Below are positions 28,230-30,236 of a stretch of DNA of 30,236 bases, piece by piece. The stretch comes from a virus (taxonomy: Duplodnaviria > Heunggongvirae > Uroviricota > Caudoviricetes). The stretch spans positions 1 to 30,236 of IMG/VR virus record IMGVR_UViG_2597489893_000002. One strand, 5' to 3'. A program made the translations under genes and the position numbers. Under the pieces are notes generated by a model. The model saw nothing but the letters and a program-made list of their open reading frames with translations, did not search any database and was not told where the DNA came from. Every line of letters starts with the position of its first letter. Within the stretch, counting starts at the first letter, position 1.

Positions 28230-29045
28230 ATGAGCAAAAACTTTTTTCAATCCGGGGCATTTTTGGGGAATGGACTGTCTCGTTTCGCTTTGAACTCTGA
28301 TCCTGTGCAGCTGATGGAGTCTGCCCGAGCAAGCGCTGAACCGCCAACAGATCCGGTTATTAATAATAATCCGGAACCGGCGGCACAGACTAACGATAAC
28401 GTTCCATCTGCCCAGGCTCCTGAGCAAATCCTGGAAGGGAAAGACGGTAAAGAATGGACCGTCGAACAGGCGCACCAGATGATTCTGGAAGCTGCAAATC
28501 GAAGTGCTATGCAAAATGCGTTGAGTGATGCGGCCGACGCCGTTTTCGCCTGGGCTGATAGCGGTGATCTGACTTTCGACTCCCTTGATGGTTTCGTTCA
28601 GGCTATCGCTGGTATCTCTGATGACGACGACTCCGAAGTTACAGAAGAACAGGACGATGCCTATAACGAAGCATGGGCAAATGTTGCTGACTTCCTCGCA
28701 GCATGCGGTGTAGATGATGACCTGATCGAAGCACTGGCTGACGATGAAGACGACGACGCAGCTGCTGATGTTGGTGCCTCTATCGCTGGTTTAGATAGCG
28801 ACGACCGCGACGAACTGGAAGCGGCGTTTGTTGTTGCTGGCACTTCTGATGAAATGCTGACTGAAGCATTTAAGAAGGTTGTTCGTAACGGTGAGATCAA
28901 ACTCATCCGTAAACGCCTGCGTAAAAAACGTCTGACTGCGGCTCAAAAATCGGCGCTGAAAAAAGCGCGTCGAAAAGCCCAGACCGGCGCGGCAAAACTT
29001 GCCCGCAAAAAGTCAATGAAACTGCGCCGTAAGCGCCTTGGCTAA
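28230..29045 (+). CDS. hypothetical protein, acidic body with Lys/Arg-rich C-terminal tail, 271 aa
   Basis: RBS AAGGGA before ATG. Asp/Glu-rich central region (DDDDSEVTEEQDD, DDEDDDAAAD), last 45 residues highly basic. Confidence 0.6.
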   Translation: MSKNFFQSGAFLGNGLSRFALNSDPVQLMESARASAEPPTDPVINNNPEPAAQTNDNVPSAQAPEQILEGKDGKEWTVEQAHQMILEAANRSAMQNALSDAADAVFAWADSGDLTFDSLDGFVQAIAGISDDDDSEVTEEQDDAYNEAWANVADFLAACGVDDDLIEALADDEDDDAAADVGASIAGLDSDDRDELEAAFVVAGTSDEMLTEAFKKVVRNGEIKLIRKRLRKKRLTAAQKSALKKARRKAQTGAAKLARKKSMKLRRKRLG

Positions 29046-29052
29046 AGGAGGA

Positions 29053-29074
29053 GGCCGGAGAACTCCGGCCTTTA
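29053..29074 (+). terminator. intrinsic terminator or attenuator hairpin
   Basis: Stem ggccggag / ctccggcc followed by TTT; sits between two same-strand structural genes. Confidence 0.45.
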
Positions 29075-29080
29075 ACTTGA

Positions 29081-29662
29081 ATGGCACCTATTCCTTATGG
29101 GGTTTACAGCCAGGCTGACGGTGTATCGCCATATCTGAAAGTTACTTTAACGAACTCTCAGTACCAGGTTACCGGATATATCAGCCAGGGAGCGGCAATG
29201 AACATGGCCCAGAATTGGGAAGCGCCGTTTACCGGTATGTCCATGGGATCTGTTGCTGGTGCCTTCAGTGGTTTTGCGCAGGTTGGTACTGAAACAACGT
29301 CGGTTGCCCGTTGGAACAGCTTAATGGTTTGGGAAGGGGGAACACCGCCGACTTTCACGCTGCCAGTAACTTTCATCGCTTTGTTTGACCCATTCACGGA
29401 GGTTTCAGGAGCTATCGCCGCATTGTCAGCGATGATTAGCCCGGAACTTAAAGATGCCAGTATTGGTGGTCGAATCCCGGAGCGTGTGACGCTAAACATT
29501 GGTCGCCGGATCAACATCATTGATGTCGCTATCCAGGACATAAGTTTCGATCTCGATGCGCCCAGGGACAGCAATGGACATTTCCTGAAAAACACCGTCA
29601 ACCTCCAGTTGACCGGTTCTTCGATATATAACAGCTCCGATATTGTTCGGGCGTTCCAGTAA
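29081..29662 (+). CDS. hypothetical virion-block protein, 193 aa
   Basis: Intact ORF in the late-gene block; weak RBS; no motif recognised. Confidence 0.55.
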   Translation: MAPIPYGVYSQADGVSPYLKVTLTNSQYQVTGYISQGAAMNMAQNWEAPFTGMSMGSVAGAFSGFAQVGTETTSVARWNSLMVWEGGTPPTFTLPVTFIALFDPFTEVSGAIAALSAMISPELKDASIGGRIPERVTLNIGRRINIIDVAIQDISFDLDAPRDSNGHFLKNTVNLQLTGSSIYNSSDIVRAFQ

Positions 29663-29673
29663 AAGGATTTTAT

Positions 29674-30183
29674 ATGGGGCACAATAACACTAAGGGAAAC
29701 CGTAAATTTATTAAGGGCCGCTATACTGCCAACGCGGCCAAAGGCGAACGACTGGTATCTTCTGAATTCCAGCTCACTTTTGCAGGCCATGAAGATATCA
29801 GCGTACTGGTTCGCACGTCGCAAATTCCTGAAATGACCCGCGAGGATGTGGAGGACTATGGTCCGAATGGTGTGAAGTTCAACCAGCACGGTCCAATTCG
29901 AAACTCTGGGGAAATCCAGGTCCAGTGCGTGGAGACTATCGAAGGCGATATTCTTCAGTTCATTAAAGATCGCATTGCGGCGAAGGACTATGTTGATATC
30001 ACGATGGCTGCTACCCCTGAATCCAAATCTTCCGGGGTTAACGCTGTGACAAAAGCTGCTACAACAATTGAAATGTTGGACTGCAAAATCTACAGTGATG
30101 CAATCGACTTTAGTACCGAAGATGTGACTGCCGCTGTGCGCCCGTCACTTCGTATCGTCTACAACTGGATTGAGTGGGATTAA
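29674..30183 (+). CDS. hypothetical virion-block protein, 169 aa
   Basis: RBS AAAGGA before ATG; size and context fit a small tail or head component, but no motif supports a specific call. Confidence 0.55.
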   Translation: MGHNNTKGNRKFIKGRYTANAAKGERLVSSEFQLTFAGHEDISVLVRTSQIPEMTREDVEDYGPNGVKFNQHGPIRNSGEIQVQCVETIEGDILQFIKDRIAAKDYVDITMAATPESKSSGVNAVTKAATTIEMLDCKIYSDAIDFSTEDVTAAVRPSLRIVYNWIEWD

Positions 30184-30236
30184 GAGTCATCCCTTGTATT
30201 TTAAAGGGCACTGTTGCAAATAGTCGGTGGTGATAA

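Noticed and set aside
29158-29889. 243-aa - strand ORF
   Set aside because: Antisense to two well-formed + strand late genes with RBSs; no start context; typical shadow ORF.

Overview
This 30.2 kb window reads as part of a P1-family temperate phage-plasmid from an enterobacterium. The clearest landmark is a complete plasmid-prophage replicon on the + strand: tandem DnaA boxes, five GATC sites and five iterons (oriR), repA, nine more iterons in both orientations (incA), then parA-parB and a putative parS. A long - strand operon runs 18570 to 9143: small ORF, RdgC homologue, a fused C5-cytosine/Dam-type DNA methyltransferase (dmt-like), tRNA-Asn, tRNA-Thr, a TerB-like protein with two tiny membrane ORFs, tRNA-Ile(CAU), a DnaB-like helicase (ban-like) and a GT-B-like protein. 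Other blocks are six tail/baseplate-type genes (4345-9096, +), a - strand accessory cluster with a lambda-phosphatase-like enzyme, three glycosyltransferase-fold proteins, a VRR-NUC nuclease and a TraR-type zinc finger (28-4198), and capsid/sheath genes after parS (24864-30183). Several sites match the P1 C1 operator 17-mer as I remember it. Two things stand out beyond ordinary P1-like content: a canonical 341-aa LAGLIDADG intein inserted exactly in the catalytic PCQ motif of the methyltransferase, and a G18-C-G9 homopolymer tract that breaks the same gene between motif I and motif IV (artefact or slippage tract). A repeat-rich tRNA-like stretch beside the tRNA genes and the glycosyltransferase-fold cluster of unknown target also merit follow-up. 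All calls come from motif recognition and remembered family features; no database search was run, and P1 gene names are tentative.
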